Positions 52,709 to 61,364 of a DNA stretch of 64,000 nucleotides are shown here, in pieces. Every line of letters starts with the position of its first letter. The stretch's first letter is position 1. The position numbers and the translations under genes are program-made. The stretch covers positions 38,738-102,737 of the forward strand of contig CAYLPH010000021.1 in assembly GCA_964385495.1 (NCBI GenBank), read 5' to 3'. Source of the DNA: an uncultured Candidatus Solibacter sp. (GTDB taxonomy: Bacteria > Acidobacteriota > Terriglobia > Bryobacterales > Bryobacteraceae). The notes beneath the pieces are model-generated. The model ran no database searches, was not told where the DNA came from, and saw only the letters and a list, made by a program, of their open reading frames with translations.

Positions 52709-53794
52709 ATGACTCGCCGTAGCTTCGTAACCGCGCTGGCCGGCGCTTCGGCCGCGGCTGGGCAAAACTCCACGCCTGCCGTGCCGCTGAAACTGGGCAT
52801 CGACACCTACTCCCTGCGCGCCTTCAAATGGAATGTCGACCAGATGCTGGACTACGCCGAGGAGCACAAACTCGACGCCATCCAGGCCAGCCGCGGCGAT
52901 TTCAGCGGCTTCGACGAACCCTACCTGCGCAAGGTGAAAGAACGCGCGAACCGGCTGGGCATTGTCGTGGAGCCCGGTTGGGGCTGCATCTCCACCGTTT
53001 CCAAACAGTGGAATCCGCGTCAAGGCACGCCCACTTCCTATCTGGAAGAGGGCATCCGCGCCGCACGGCTGTTGGGGGCGCGCTCCTTTCGCGTCTTTGT
53101 CGGCGGTGCGGGCGACCGCGCCGGCGGTACCAACATCAGCGCGCTTCTGGAGTCCGCCATCACCGCCCTCAAGACCGTGCGCAACCAGTCCCTCGATGCG
53201 CAGGTGAAGATCGCCGTTGAGAATCATGGCGAGTTCCAGGCTCGCCAGGTGAAGACCATCATCGAAGAGGCAGGCAAGGATTTCGTCGCCAGTTGCCTTG
53301 ATACCGGCAACCCCGTCAATGTGCTGGAAGATCCGCTGCACACGCTGGAGGTGCTGGGGCCCTACGTCGTCAGCACCCACATTCGCGATTCCGTTGTCTT
53401 TGAACACCCGCGCGGCGCCGCGGTGCAGTGGGTAGCGCTGGGCGACGGCAGCATCGACTTCGTCAGACTCACCGCGCGATTCCGCGAACTTTGCCCGAAC
53501 GCGCCATTCTTAATGGAAGTCATCACCGGGCGCCCACCGGCCGTCGTGCCCTACCTGGAGCAGTCCTTCTGGAAGAACTTCGCCGATACGCCCGCCGAGG
53601 ATTTCGCTCGCTTCGTCGCCCTCGCCAAGAAAGGCCATCCGCTGATGGCGCCGATCATCCAGGCCGATGTCAGCGGCGAGAAGTTCCCGCCCGAGTATGC
53701 CGCCGCTCTGAAGGCGCAGCAGCGCTACGATCTGGACCGCAGCCTGTCCTATGCCAAGAAGACGCTGAACGCCGGCACTCGCTGGCGAGGCTAA
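52709..53794 (+). CDS. TAT-signal sugar phosphate isomerase/epimerase (xylose isomerase-like TIM barrel)
   Basis: From the ATG at 52709 (AGGAGG 6 nt upstream): MTRRSFVTALAGASAAAGQ...LKLGIDTYSLRAF...FRVFVGG...IAVENHGEF...STHIRDS. Confidence 0.8.
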   Translation: MTRRSFVTALAGASAAAGQNSTPAVPLKLGIDTYSLRAFKWNVDQMLDYAEEHKLDAIQASRGDFSGFDEPYLRKVKERANRLGIVVEPGWGCISTVSKQWNPRQGTPTSYLEEGIRAARLLGARSFRVFVGGAGDRAGGTNISALLESAITALKTVRNQSLDAQVKIAVENHGEFQARQVKTIIEEAGKDFVASCLDTGNPVNVLEDPLHTLEVLGPYVVSTHIRDSVVFEHPRGAAVQWVALGDGSIDFVRLTARFRELCPNAPFLMEVITGRPPAVVPYLEQSFWKNFADTPAEDFARFVALAKKGHPLMAPIIQADVSGEKFPPEYAAALKAQQRYDLDRSLSYAKKTLNAGTRWRG

Positions 53795-56448
53795 CGCACC
53801 GTCACATAGAGCAACGCCGGATCATGGTCGCTCAGCCGCTCCGGCCGGATGCTGTCCGTTGCCAGTTGCTCCGGAAACCACGCATTCACGCGCGCGTACA
53901 CCAACCTGCTCACGAAGCCGGCGGCGGTCTGCGATGCCAGGATATGGTCGAGCACCTGCCTTGAGCCTTCGAAGATGTAGGAATAGCGTTCCTCTTCGGT
54001 GACCTTGGCGGTCGCTACCAGGTTCACGAAGTTCGGATTCACCAGGTCGCCGCTGGCTTCTACTACTTCGTTCTCGGGAACCGGATCGCCCGTAATGGTG
54101 CCCAGCACGTCCACATACCCATCGCTGAACGGGAAGGCATTGAAGTCGCCCATCACGAAGATGCGCTCTTCCGGATCCGCCGTCTGCCGCTGCTGCAGGT
54201 AACGCGCGATATCCTCCGCTGCCAGACGCCGCTTCACCCGCGTGCGTTGGCCTTCCGTAACGGTGTTCCGCAGGCTGGCGGGCACTTCGCTTTCGACATC
54301 GATCAGCGACCGCAGATGCACCATGACGGCCGTGAACGTAAAGTCGCCGGCGCGAGCTTGCAGCACTAGTGGCGCGCGGTCATGCAGCCGTTTCGCGATG
54401 CCATCGGCGGGGTCGACAAACATGCCGTTCTCCAGTGCCTGCTGGGGTGTGCCCGTCAAGGTGATGCGCGAAGTCTTTACCAGGAAGCCTACGTTCTGCG
54501 AACCGCCGGTGGTGCCCAGAAAGGCTTCGTAGCCAAGGCCTGGCTGTTCCGCATTCAGGGCGGCGGTCAGACTTTGCAGTGCGCCCAAGGTGTTAACCTC
54601 CGTGACGCCCAGCACGTCCGGATAGTGGAGCGCGTTGCGTATCACGCGCACCGCCTTATCCAATTGGGCGGGCGCACCCGTGTAGTTGCGAAGTGCCATA
54701 CTGCCGATCGTGATCTCGTTGGCCGTAGGCGCAGGGATCGCGCGAAACACCGCTGGCCCACTGACCTCCGCCCGGAGGTTGAAGTCCTGCGCGATCTCAA
54801 ATCCGCGGCTGTTGAAATCCAGCACCCCAACAACGTTGCGAACCGTCTGCCCAGCGGTGACAGCCAGACCCGACGCCTGGTTCTGTCTCCGCAGGTCAAT
54901 CCGGATCAATTCCGGGTTGCTGTCGAACAGCGGGATCGGCGGTATGGTCTTCGATGAATCCGAGGGCACCCCGCGCGGCGCCTGGATGCCCGGTTCTCGA
55001 AACGGCGGCGACATTCCCTGCACCACTGCGTAGAACGCCGCACTTTCAAATCCCAGTTCCGTGGTGCCGGAGGCCGCCGTGAATGCCAGCGCGGTGATGC
55101 GCATCCCTTCCCACCGCTCCAGTTGATCCAGGCCGCCGTCCGGGTGCGGAAACTCGCTGGACAAAATGATCGGTGCAGGAAGGGTCACGCCGCCGCGCAA
55201 TACCTCCACCCGGGCATTGGTGAGTTGCGTCAACGTGCTGAAACTCGTGGCGAACTCCGTGACCGTTCCGGTGACGCACACGAAACTGCCGGCCGGCGGG
55301 CCATTCGCATTGCTCGTAAAAACAAAGATTGCTTCCGATGTTTCGGGGTTCCCGTCGACATCCGCGTCCGGCTCCTGTACGAAAAAGCCGTTGAATTTGT
55401 TCGCTGTCACCACGCCATCCAGCACCACCGCGCGGCTCACCAGTGGGCTGGTCCCGCTGCTCCCCTGCACCTGGCTGATCGCATGCGTCGATTCACAACT
55501 GGGCGGGCCGTCGTCGTTCAAGATAGTGCCCGTAGCGACGCCTCTCACGACCGTCGCACCCGTCACGCCAATCAGCCGCACCGTGAAATTCTCGTCGAAC
55601 TCGGGCTTCGTATCGCCATTCACCAGCACCGTGATCGTTGCCGACGTCTGCCCAGGCTCGATGCGTCCTAGTGCGAAACTGAGTCCGGTCGGCTCGTAAT
55701 CCCCGTCCGCGGCTGTGGCACTGCCATCCGCGGTCGCGAAGATGAAGTTCACCCCACCCGGCCCCGCGGGGGCGCCCAGTCTCACTGGGAACGCAAACTC
55801 GGTGGTTCCCGCATTCCCTTCCGGCCGGCGCACATCTTCCAGCGTCAACGGCGACAGGGAAGAGAACACCTGGCCCGTGTTGATTTGCCCAAAGGTGTTC
55901 GGCGTAGCCCCATCCCAGACAAAATCCCCGTAGACGAGACCTGTTCCCGCTAACCGCAATGACCATCCAACCGGAGACGTTCCCAACTGCGCCACGCCAA
56001 TGTCGGTGCAGGTCATCCCCGCCGCCGGATTCTCCGCGGTTGGCTCCGCCCCCGCCGCCCTCATCACGCCTTCATAGCAAAGAAACTGCACCACCCGATT
56101 ACCCGCGTCCACCAGCGCCAAACCATCATTCGGGCCGTTCTGCAACCCATCGGCCGGGTACTGGATCACCAGGAACCCAAATCCCGTGCCCGTGGTATCC
56201 GGAATCACCGTGCCCGCCGCGAACGTCTCGGCTGCCGCAGGCGTCGTGTACACCACGCCCGCACCTGGCACCGATCCGTTGTACCGCACGATGCGCCACC
56301 CACCGACGTCCGTCCCCGCCGGTCCGGCTATCTCAATCGCCTCCCCCGTATCCGTGCCCGTGTTGTCGTAGTGGATCTCGTTCACGAACACGCTCTGCCC
56401 ACAGGCCAGCGGCAGCCACAAGGACACAGCCAGAAAGATTCGACGCAT
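53791..56448 (-). CDS. ExeM/NucH-family extracellular nuclease (lamin-tail domain, Calx-beta-like domain and EEP nuclease domain)
   Basis: From the ATG at 56448: signal MRRIFLAVSLWLPLACG, then LTD VFVNEIHYDNTGTDTGEAIEIAGPAGTDVGGWRIVRYNGS. A Calx-beta-like block follows (FATADGSATAADGDYEP...ATITVLVNGDTKPEFDENFTVRL), and the C-terminal EEP domain ends ...ERLSDHDPALLYV. Confidence 0.8.
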   Translation of the reverse strand: MRRIFLAVSLWLPLACGQSVFVNEIHYDNTGTDTGEAIEIAGPAGTDVGGWRIVRYNGSVPGAGVVYTTPAAAETFAAGTVIPDTTGTGFGFLVIQYPADGLQNGPNDGLALVDAGNRVVQFLCYEGVMRAAGAEPTAENPAAGMTCTDIGVAQLGTSPVGWSLRLAGTGLVYGDFVWDGATPNTFGQINTGQVFSSLSPLTLEDVRRPEGNAGTTEFAFPVRLGAPAGPGGVNFIFATADGSATAADGDYEPTGLSFALGRIEPGQTSATITVLVNGDTKPEFDENFTVRLIGVTGATVVRGVATGTILNDDGPPSCESTHAISQVQGSSGTSPLVSRAVVLDGVVTANKFNGFFVQEPDADVDGNPETSEAIFVFTSNANGPPAGSFVCVTGTVTEFATSFSTLTQLTNARVEVLRGGVTLPAPIILSSEFPHPDGGLDQLERWEGMRITALAFTAASGTTELGFESAAFYAVVQGMSPPFREPGIQAPRGVPSDSSKTIPPIPLFDSNPELIRIDLRRQNQASGLAVTAGQTVRNVVGVLDFNSRGFEIAQDFNLRAEVSGPAVFRAIPAPTANEITIGSMALRNYTGAPAQLDKAVRVIRNALHYPDVLGVTEVNTLGALQSLTAALNAEQPGLGYEAFLGTTGGSQNVGFLVKTSRITLTGTPQQALENGMFVDPADGIAKRLHDRAPLVLQARAGDFTFTAVMVHLRSLIDVESEVPASLRNTVTEGQRTRVKRRLAAEDIARYLQQRQTADPEERIFVMGDFNAFPFSDGYVDVLGTITGDPVPENEVVEASGDLVNPNFVNLVATAKVTEEERYSYIFEGSRQVLDHILASQTAAGFVSRLVYARVNAWFPEQLATDSIRPERLSDHDPALLYVTVR

Positions 56449-56482
56449 TCCCCTCAGCCTAACACCGCACATCTGATATGCT

Positions 56483-57901
56483 GTGCCGGACATGGCTCTG
56501 TCCCGCCGCAATTTTCTCCCTGCTCTCGCCGCGCCCTATCTTGCCTTCGCGCAACGTCGCGATCGCCCCCACGTGCTTTTCATCGGAGCTGACGACATGA
56601 ACACCAGCCTGGGCTGCTACGGCCACCCCATCGTCAAGTCTCCGAACATCGACCGCATCGCCTCCAGGGGCGTTCGCTTTGACCGCGCCTACTGCCAGTT
56701 CCCGCTTTGCGGCCCCAGCCGCACGTCCCTGCTCAGCGGCCTCCGTCCCGATTCCACGCAGATTCTGGCCAACAACATCAGCGTGCGCGACAAGGTGCCC
56801 AACGCTCTCACGCTGCCCCAGCACTTCAAGAACAGCGGCTGGGACTCCAAACGCTTCGGCAAGATGTACCACATGGACGTGCCTGGCTCGGTGGGCACTA
56901 ATAAATGGGACGACCCGCCCTCGTGGAACACCGCCATCTCACCGCCAGGCAAGGAGCAGAACACAGAAGGCACTCGCTACCCTATTCAAACCAATGGCAA
57001 GGCCCAGTGGGTCTCCATCTCGTTCTCCAACGACGGCAAGGATCAGGCCGACGACCGCTGCGCCGACCTCACGATCGAAGCCTTCTCCCAAACAAAAGAG
57101 CCGCTTTTTGTCGGATTGGGTTTCGTCCGCCCGCACGTGCCGAATGTCGCGCCTGCGCGCTTCTATGACCTCTATCCGCTGTCCAATATCCCCGCGCCCG
57201 CGAATCCGCCCAACGACCGCGACGACATCCCCAAGGCGAGCGAGATCTGTATCAACACGCGCGCCGATGACATCGGCATGAACGACGCCGGCAAACGCGA
57301 AGCCATCCGCTCCTACTACGCCAGCATCAGCTATATGGATTGGCAGGTGGGCCGCGTGCTATCCGCGTTGGAGAAGCAAAAGCTGCTCGACAAGACCATC
57401 ATCGTCTTCTGGGGCGATCATGGCTATCACTTGGGGGAACATCACCGCTGGCACAAACGAAGCCTGTTTGAGGAATCGGCGCGCGCGCCGCTGCTCATCG
57501 CCGCTCCCGGCCGCCGCGGCAAAGGGAAGGCATCACCGGCGCTGGTGGAGTTCGTCGACATGTATCCCACCATCGCCGAACTGGGTGGCCTGCCCATACC
57601 CCAGCATTGCGAAGGGCAGAGCGCCGTGCCGCTGCTCGACAATCCCAGCCGCCCCTGGAAATCCGCCGCCTTCACCCAGATGCATGGGCCTGACAACATC
57701 GTCGGCCGCTCGGTCCGTACCGATCGCTATCGCTACACGCGTTGGACCGGCCCCTACCCCGACGAGGAGCTCTACGATCACCAGGCCGATCCCAAGGAAT
57801 TCACCAACCTCGCCCGCCAGGCGGATAAACACAAAGACCTGCTAACACGCATGCGCGGCGCGCTGGACGCGGGTTGGAAGGCCGCTAAGGCTAAGGTTTG
57901 A
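56483..57901 (+). CDS. sulfatase (iduronate-2-sulfatase-like)
   Basis: 472-aa ORF. ...PHVLFIGADDMNTSLGCYG... and the formylglycine signature CQFPLCGPSRTSLLSG are present. The alternative start ATG at 56492 gives the TAT-like leader MALSRRNFLPALAAP. Confidence 0.85.
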   Translation: MPDMALSRRNFLPALAAPYLAFAQRRDRPHVLFIGADDMNTSLGCYGHPIVKSPNIDRIASRGVRFDRAYCQFPLCGPSRTSLLSGLRPDSTQILANNISVRDKVPNALTLPQHFKNSGWDSKRFGKMYHMDVPGSVGTNKWDDPPSWNTAISPPGKEQNTEGTRYPIQTNGKAQWVSISFSNDGKDQADDRCADLTIEAFSQTKEPLFVGLGFVRPHVPNVAPARFYDLYPLSNIPAPANPPNDRDDIPKASEICINTRADDIGMNDAGKREAIRSYYASISYMDWQVGRVLSALEKQKLLDKTIIVFWGDHGYHLGEHHRWHKRSLFEESARAPLLIAAPGRRGKGKASPALVEFVDMYPTIAELGGLPIPQHCEGQSAVPLLDNPSRPWKSAAFTQMHGPDNIVGRSVRTDRYRYTRWTGPYPDEELYDHQADPKEFTNLARQADKHKDLLTRMRGALDAGWKAAKAKV

Positions 57902-58661
57902 AGGTACGAATCATCGTAGCCTGCCCGCGAATCGTGACCGGCGTTTCGGCATCCACCCGGAACGCCTCGCCTAATAGAAAGGGCTCGTCTCCCACCAGAC
58001 CCTCACCCTGCAGCACCACCAGCACGCAGGGCTGCGCGATCGGCTCCAGCGTGGCCAATCCATTCACCTGCAGCCGTTCGGTATGGAAGAACGGACAGCG
58101 CACCGGTAGCACGCTACGCCCACTCACCGGACCCAGCGCCGAGATCTCCATCGCCTTCTCTAAATGCAACTCCCGGGGACGCCCATAGTCGTACACGCGG
58201 TAGGTCACGTCGCTACGCTGTTGGATCTCGCACAACGTGAGCCCCGCGCCGATCGCGTGTACGGTCCCCGCCGGCACGAACAACGTATCCCCCGGCCGCA
58301 CCGGAATCCAGTTGATCAGCCCTTCAATGGTGCCGTCCTCGGCCGCCGAACGCAGTTGTTCCCGCGAGATCGGACGCCGGAAGCCGATTCCAACGCTGGC
58401 TGCTGGCGCCGTCCGCAGAATGTGCCACATCTCGGTCTTGCCGGCCGAGTTCTCATGCTCACGCGCATACGCATCGTCCGGATGCACCTGGATGCTCAGC
58501 TTCTCCGTCGTGAACAGAAACTTCACCAGCGGATAATCGTCGCCGGCATCGAGCCAAACCTCTCCAATCTTGTTTTCCGGCTCCGGGAACCAGGGGGCCA
58601 ACCCGGTCGACCCCCAGACCCGCTCACGAAACGACGGAGCTATCCGCTCGATGCCCGGCAC
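57891..58661 (-). CDS. manA: type I mannose-6-phosphate isomerase (cupin)
   Basis: 256-aa ORF. ...RVWGSTGL...IGEVWL...LVKFLFTTEKLSIQVHPDDAYA...GKTEMWHIL...PGDTLFVPAGTVHAIGAGLTLCEIQQRSDVTYRVYDYGR. Confidence 0.8.
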   Translation of the reverse strand: MPGIERIAPSFRERVWGSTGLAPWFPEPENKIGEVWLDAGDDYPLVKFLFTTEKLSIQVHPDDAYAREHENSAGKTEMWHILRTAPAASVGIGFRRPISREQLRSAAEDGTIEGLINWIPVRPGDTLFVPAGTVHAIGAGLTLCEIQQRSDVTYRVYDYGRPRELHLEKAMEISALGPVSGRSVLPVRCPFFHTERLQVNGLATLEPIAQPCVLVVLQGEGLVGDEPFLLGEAFRVDAETPVTIRGQATMIRTFKP

Positions 58662-58662
58662 G

Positions 58663-59856
58663 CTACTTCAACTCCCGCAGGAACGTCTCGATGCGATCCA
58701 GCCCCTTGGCCAGTTGCTCCATCGACGTTGCGTACGAGATGCGGATATGACGATCCGTGCCGAAGGCTTCGCCCGGCACCACGGCTACCTTGGCTTCCGA
58801 CAACAGCTTCTCAGAAAAATCCATCGAGGAGTTGATGCCGCTCTTGCCGAAGGCGACGCTGATGTTCGGGTAAGCGTAGAAGGCGCCGCGCGGGTCCACG
58901 ATGCTGACCCCTGGCATGGCGCGCAGCCTTGCCAGCACATAGTCGCGCCGCTTGGCGTACTCGGCCAGCATCACACCCACGCCCTCCTGCGGTCCCCGCA
59001 ACGCTTCCACGCCGGCCTTCTGCGCGATCGAGGTCGGGTTCGACGTCATGTGGCTCTGCAGCTTGCCGATCGCGCTGATCACCCCCGCCGGCGCCAGCCC
59101 AAAGCCGATACGCCAACCGGTCATCGCGTACGTCTTTGACAGTGACCCCGCCACAATCACCGTATCCTTCGCGCCCGGCTGCGCGGCGATCGAGAACGGC
59201 TCGCTGTCGTACAGGAAACGGCAGTAGCATTCGTCGGTCATCAGCCAGATGCCGCGGGATCTGGTCAGCTTATAGATGTCCTCGAAATCCTTCTGGCTCA
59301 ACACCGCGCCGCTGGGGTTCGACGGCGAGTTGATGATCACCATCTTCGTCTTCGCCGTGATGTACGGCTCCAACGTCTTCGCCGTGAACGTGAACCCGGC
59401 CGCTTCATCGGTGTCCACGAAGACACACTTGCCGCCGGCATAGTTCACCACGTCCTTGTAAGTCACCCAGTACGGCACCGGAATGATCACCTCATCACCG
59501 GGGTTCACCAGCACCTGCATCAGGTTGAAGATGACATGCTTGCCGCCCACCGTCACAATGCACTCGTTCGGCTTGTAGCTGGTGCCGTAATCCTTGGCAT
59601 GCCGCTCGCAAATGGCTTCCTTCAACTCCTGGGTGCCGCCCGCGGCCGTGTACTTGGTGAAGTTATTGTGGATGGACCGGATCGCCGCTTCCTTGATATT
59701 GTCCGGGGTGGGAAAGTCGGGCTCGCCCGCGCCGAAGTCCACCACATCCACGCCTTCACGGCGCAGTTTGTCGGCCGCCGCCGCCACTTTCATCGTCGAC
59801 GATTCGCTGATCAGGCCAATACGTTCCGCCAGGGTTTGGGTTGCTACTGTACTCAA
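58663..59856 (-). CDS. aspC: pyridoxal-phosphate-dependent aspartate aminotransferase (class I)
   Basis: 397-aa ORF. ...VVDFGAGEPDFPTPDNIKEAA...YTAAGGTQELKEAI...INSPSNPSGAV...SLSKTYAMTGWRIG.... Confidence 0.85.
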   Translation of the reverse strand: MSTVATQTLAERIGLISESSTMKVAAAADKLRREGVDVVDFGAGEPDFPTPDNIKEAAIRSIHNNFTKYTAAGGTQELKEAICERHAKDYGTSYKPNECIVTVGGKHVIFNLMQVLVNPGDEVIIPVPYWVTYKDVVNYAGGKCVFVDTDEAAGFTFTAKTLEPYITAKTKMVIINSPSNPSGAVLSQKDFEDIYKLTRSRGIWLMTDECYCRFLYDSEPFSIAAQPGAKDTVIVAGSLSKTYAMTGWRIGFGLAPAGVISAIGKLQSHMTSNPTSIAQKAGVEALRGPQEGVGVMLAEYAKRRDYVLARLRAMPGVSIVDPRGAFYAYPNISVAFGKSGINSSMDFSEKLLSEAKVAVVPGEAFGTDRHIRISYATSMEQLAKGLDRIETFLRELK

Positions 59857-59927
59857 TGGTTTCTCCTAAAACTACTTCGCGATATTTCGATTGCACACGG
59901 CTCTGCGTGCCTCTTCAAGGACCGGTC

Positions 59928-60437
59928 CTACGACACGGCCTTGGCCAGGAACCGCTCCTTCAGGGCGGCTTCCACTACCGGCGGCACCAGGCCGCTGATG
60001 TTGCCCCCCAGCCGGATGACCTCTTTCACCAGCCGCGAACTCACGAACGAGTGCGCCTCCGAGGCCATCATGAACACCGTTTCGATCTCCGGCCGCAGGC
60101 GGCGGTTCATCAGCGCCATCTGCAGTTCGTATTCATAGTCCGAGATGGCGCGAATGCCGCGCACAATCAGGGACGCCTTGCGGGCCGCCGCGAACTCCAC
60201 CAGCAGACCGTTGAACGTATCCACCTCAACGTTGTCATACCCGCGAACCACTTCCCTCAGCATCTCGGCGCGCTCGTCCACCGTGAATAACGGCTGCTTC
60301 GCCTCGTTCTGCAGGACACCCAAAATCAGCCGGTCAACGAATCGCGCCGACCGCGCGATGAGATCCAGATGACCGTTGGTGATCGGGTCGAACGAGCCGG
60401 GGTACACCGCGATCAGGTTTGTGGAGAGCGAGCCCAC
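59928..60437 (-). CDS. coaD: pantetheine-phosphate adenylyltransferase
   Basis: 169-aa ORF. IAVYPGSFDPITNGHLDLIARS...IVRGIRAISDYEYELQMALMNRRL...ETVFMMAS..FVSSRLVKEV. Confidence 0.92.
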   Translation of the reverse strand: MGSLSTNLIAVYPGSFDPITNGHLDLIARSARFVDRLILGVLQNEAKQPLFTVDERAEMLREVVRGYDNVEVDTFNGLLVEFAAARKASLIVRGIRAISDYEYELQMALMNRRLRPEIETVFMMASEAHSFVSSRLVKEVIRLGGNISGLVPPVVEAALKERFLAKAVS

Positions 60438-60455
60438 GTTACGTAATTTCCAATT

Positions 60456-61343
60456 TTACAACGAAGAGCGGCCCGCCACCGGATCGGCCGATCCGGGCAC
60501 CACCCGCGTCAGATCGTCACCCACGATCGACGCGCACCACGTCGTCTCAATATGCTCGATCACAAGCTCCGTTCCCCGCTGGTGGCTCACAAACGGACGC
60601 GTGCGCGGGTCATACATTGCATCGGTCAAATCGCGCGCCAAAACCACCTCAAACCCCAACCGCGTCATCTGCCGGGCCCCGAACCCCCGATTGAGAATGC
60701 AGATATTCGTATGCACGCCCATCAGTGCGATCCGGTCGATCCCCTCCTGCTTGCAGAAGTTGTAGATCTCCTGCCCGTTCTCGCTTACACCGTCATAGCC
60801 CACAATGTCGATGGCCGCATGCTCGCGGGTCCACGGGTACGGCGGCCCCGTGAACTTCTTAATCACCGGATCGTCGCAACCGCCCGCCGAATCGTCGATC
60901 GGCCAGGCGCGCTCCTCGGCCGGCACCCGCGGGCAGCGGTTCTCGATCGGAAACGGCGACGCGGCCGTGGGAGCCGCCTTCATCCGCTCGCGATGCGGTG
61001 TGCCTTCGTAAAACTTCATCGTGTCGCTAGGCGCGTGGATGATCATCACGCCATGGCTGCGCGCGGCATTAACCACCTGGTTCATGCGCGGGGCCAGCGC
61101 CGCCACGCGTTGCGCGGACAACGTACAGGTGTGCGCATCCCACATGTCGCAGATGATGATCGCGGTTCGCGCCACCGGCCATTGCAACTCCCGTTCCGAT
61201 GCCCTGCCATCCTTACCCCGGCGCCGCGCCATCAGCCGCAGCGTGCCGGGCACCTTCGGACGATTCGGCAGCTTCTGGGTGGTCTGCGCACCCGCCAGCA
61301 TCGCCGCCGCGGGCATGGTTGCTAGAAACGATCTCCGATTCAT
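60456..61343 (-). CDS. TAT-signal isochorismatase-family cysteine hydrolase
   Basis: From the ATG at 61343: MNRRSFLATMPAAAMLAGAQ..., ...TAIIICDMWDAHTC..., ...IALMGVHTNICILNRGFGARQM.... Confidence 0.75.
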   Translation of the reverse strand: MNRRSFLATMPAAAMLAGAQTTQKLPNRPKVPGTLRLMARRRGKDGRASERELQWPVARTAIIICDMWDAHTCTLSAQRVAALAPRMNQVVNAARSHGVMIIHAPSDTMKFYEGTPHRERMKAAPTAASPFPIENRCPRVPAEERAWPIDDSAGGCDDPVIKKFTGPPYPWTREHAAIDIVGYDGVSENGQEIYNFCKQEGIDRIALMGVHTNICILNRGFGARQMTRLGFEVVLARDLTDAMYDPRTRPFVSHQRGTELVIEHIETTWCASIVGDDLTRVVPGSADPVAGRSSL

Positions 61344-61364
61344 GGCGATGTTAGTATACCCTCT

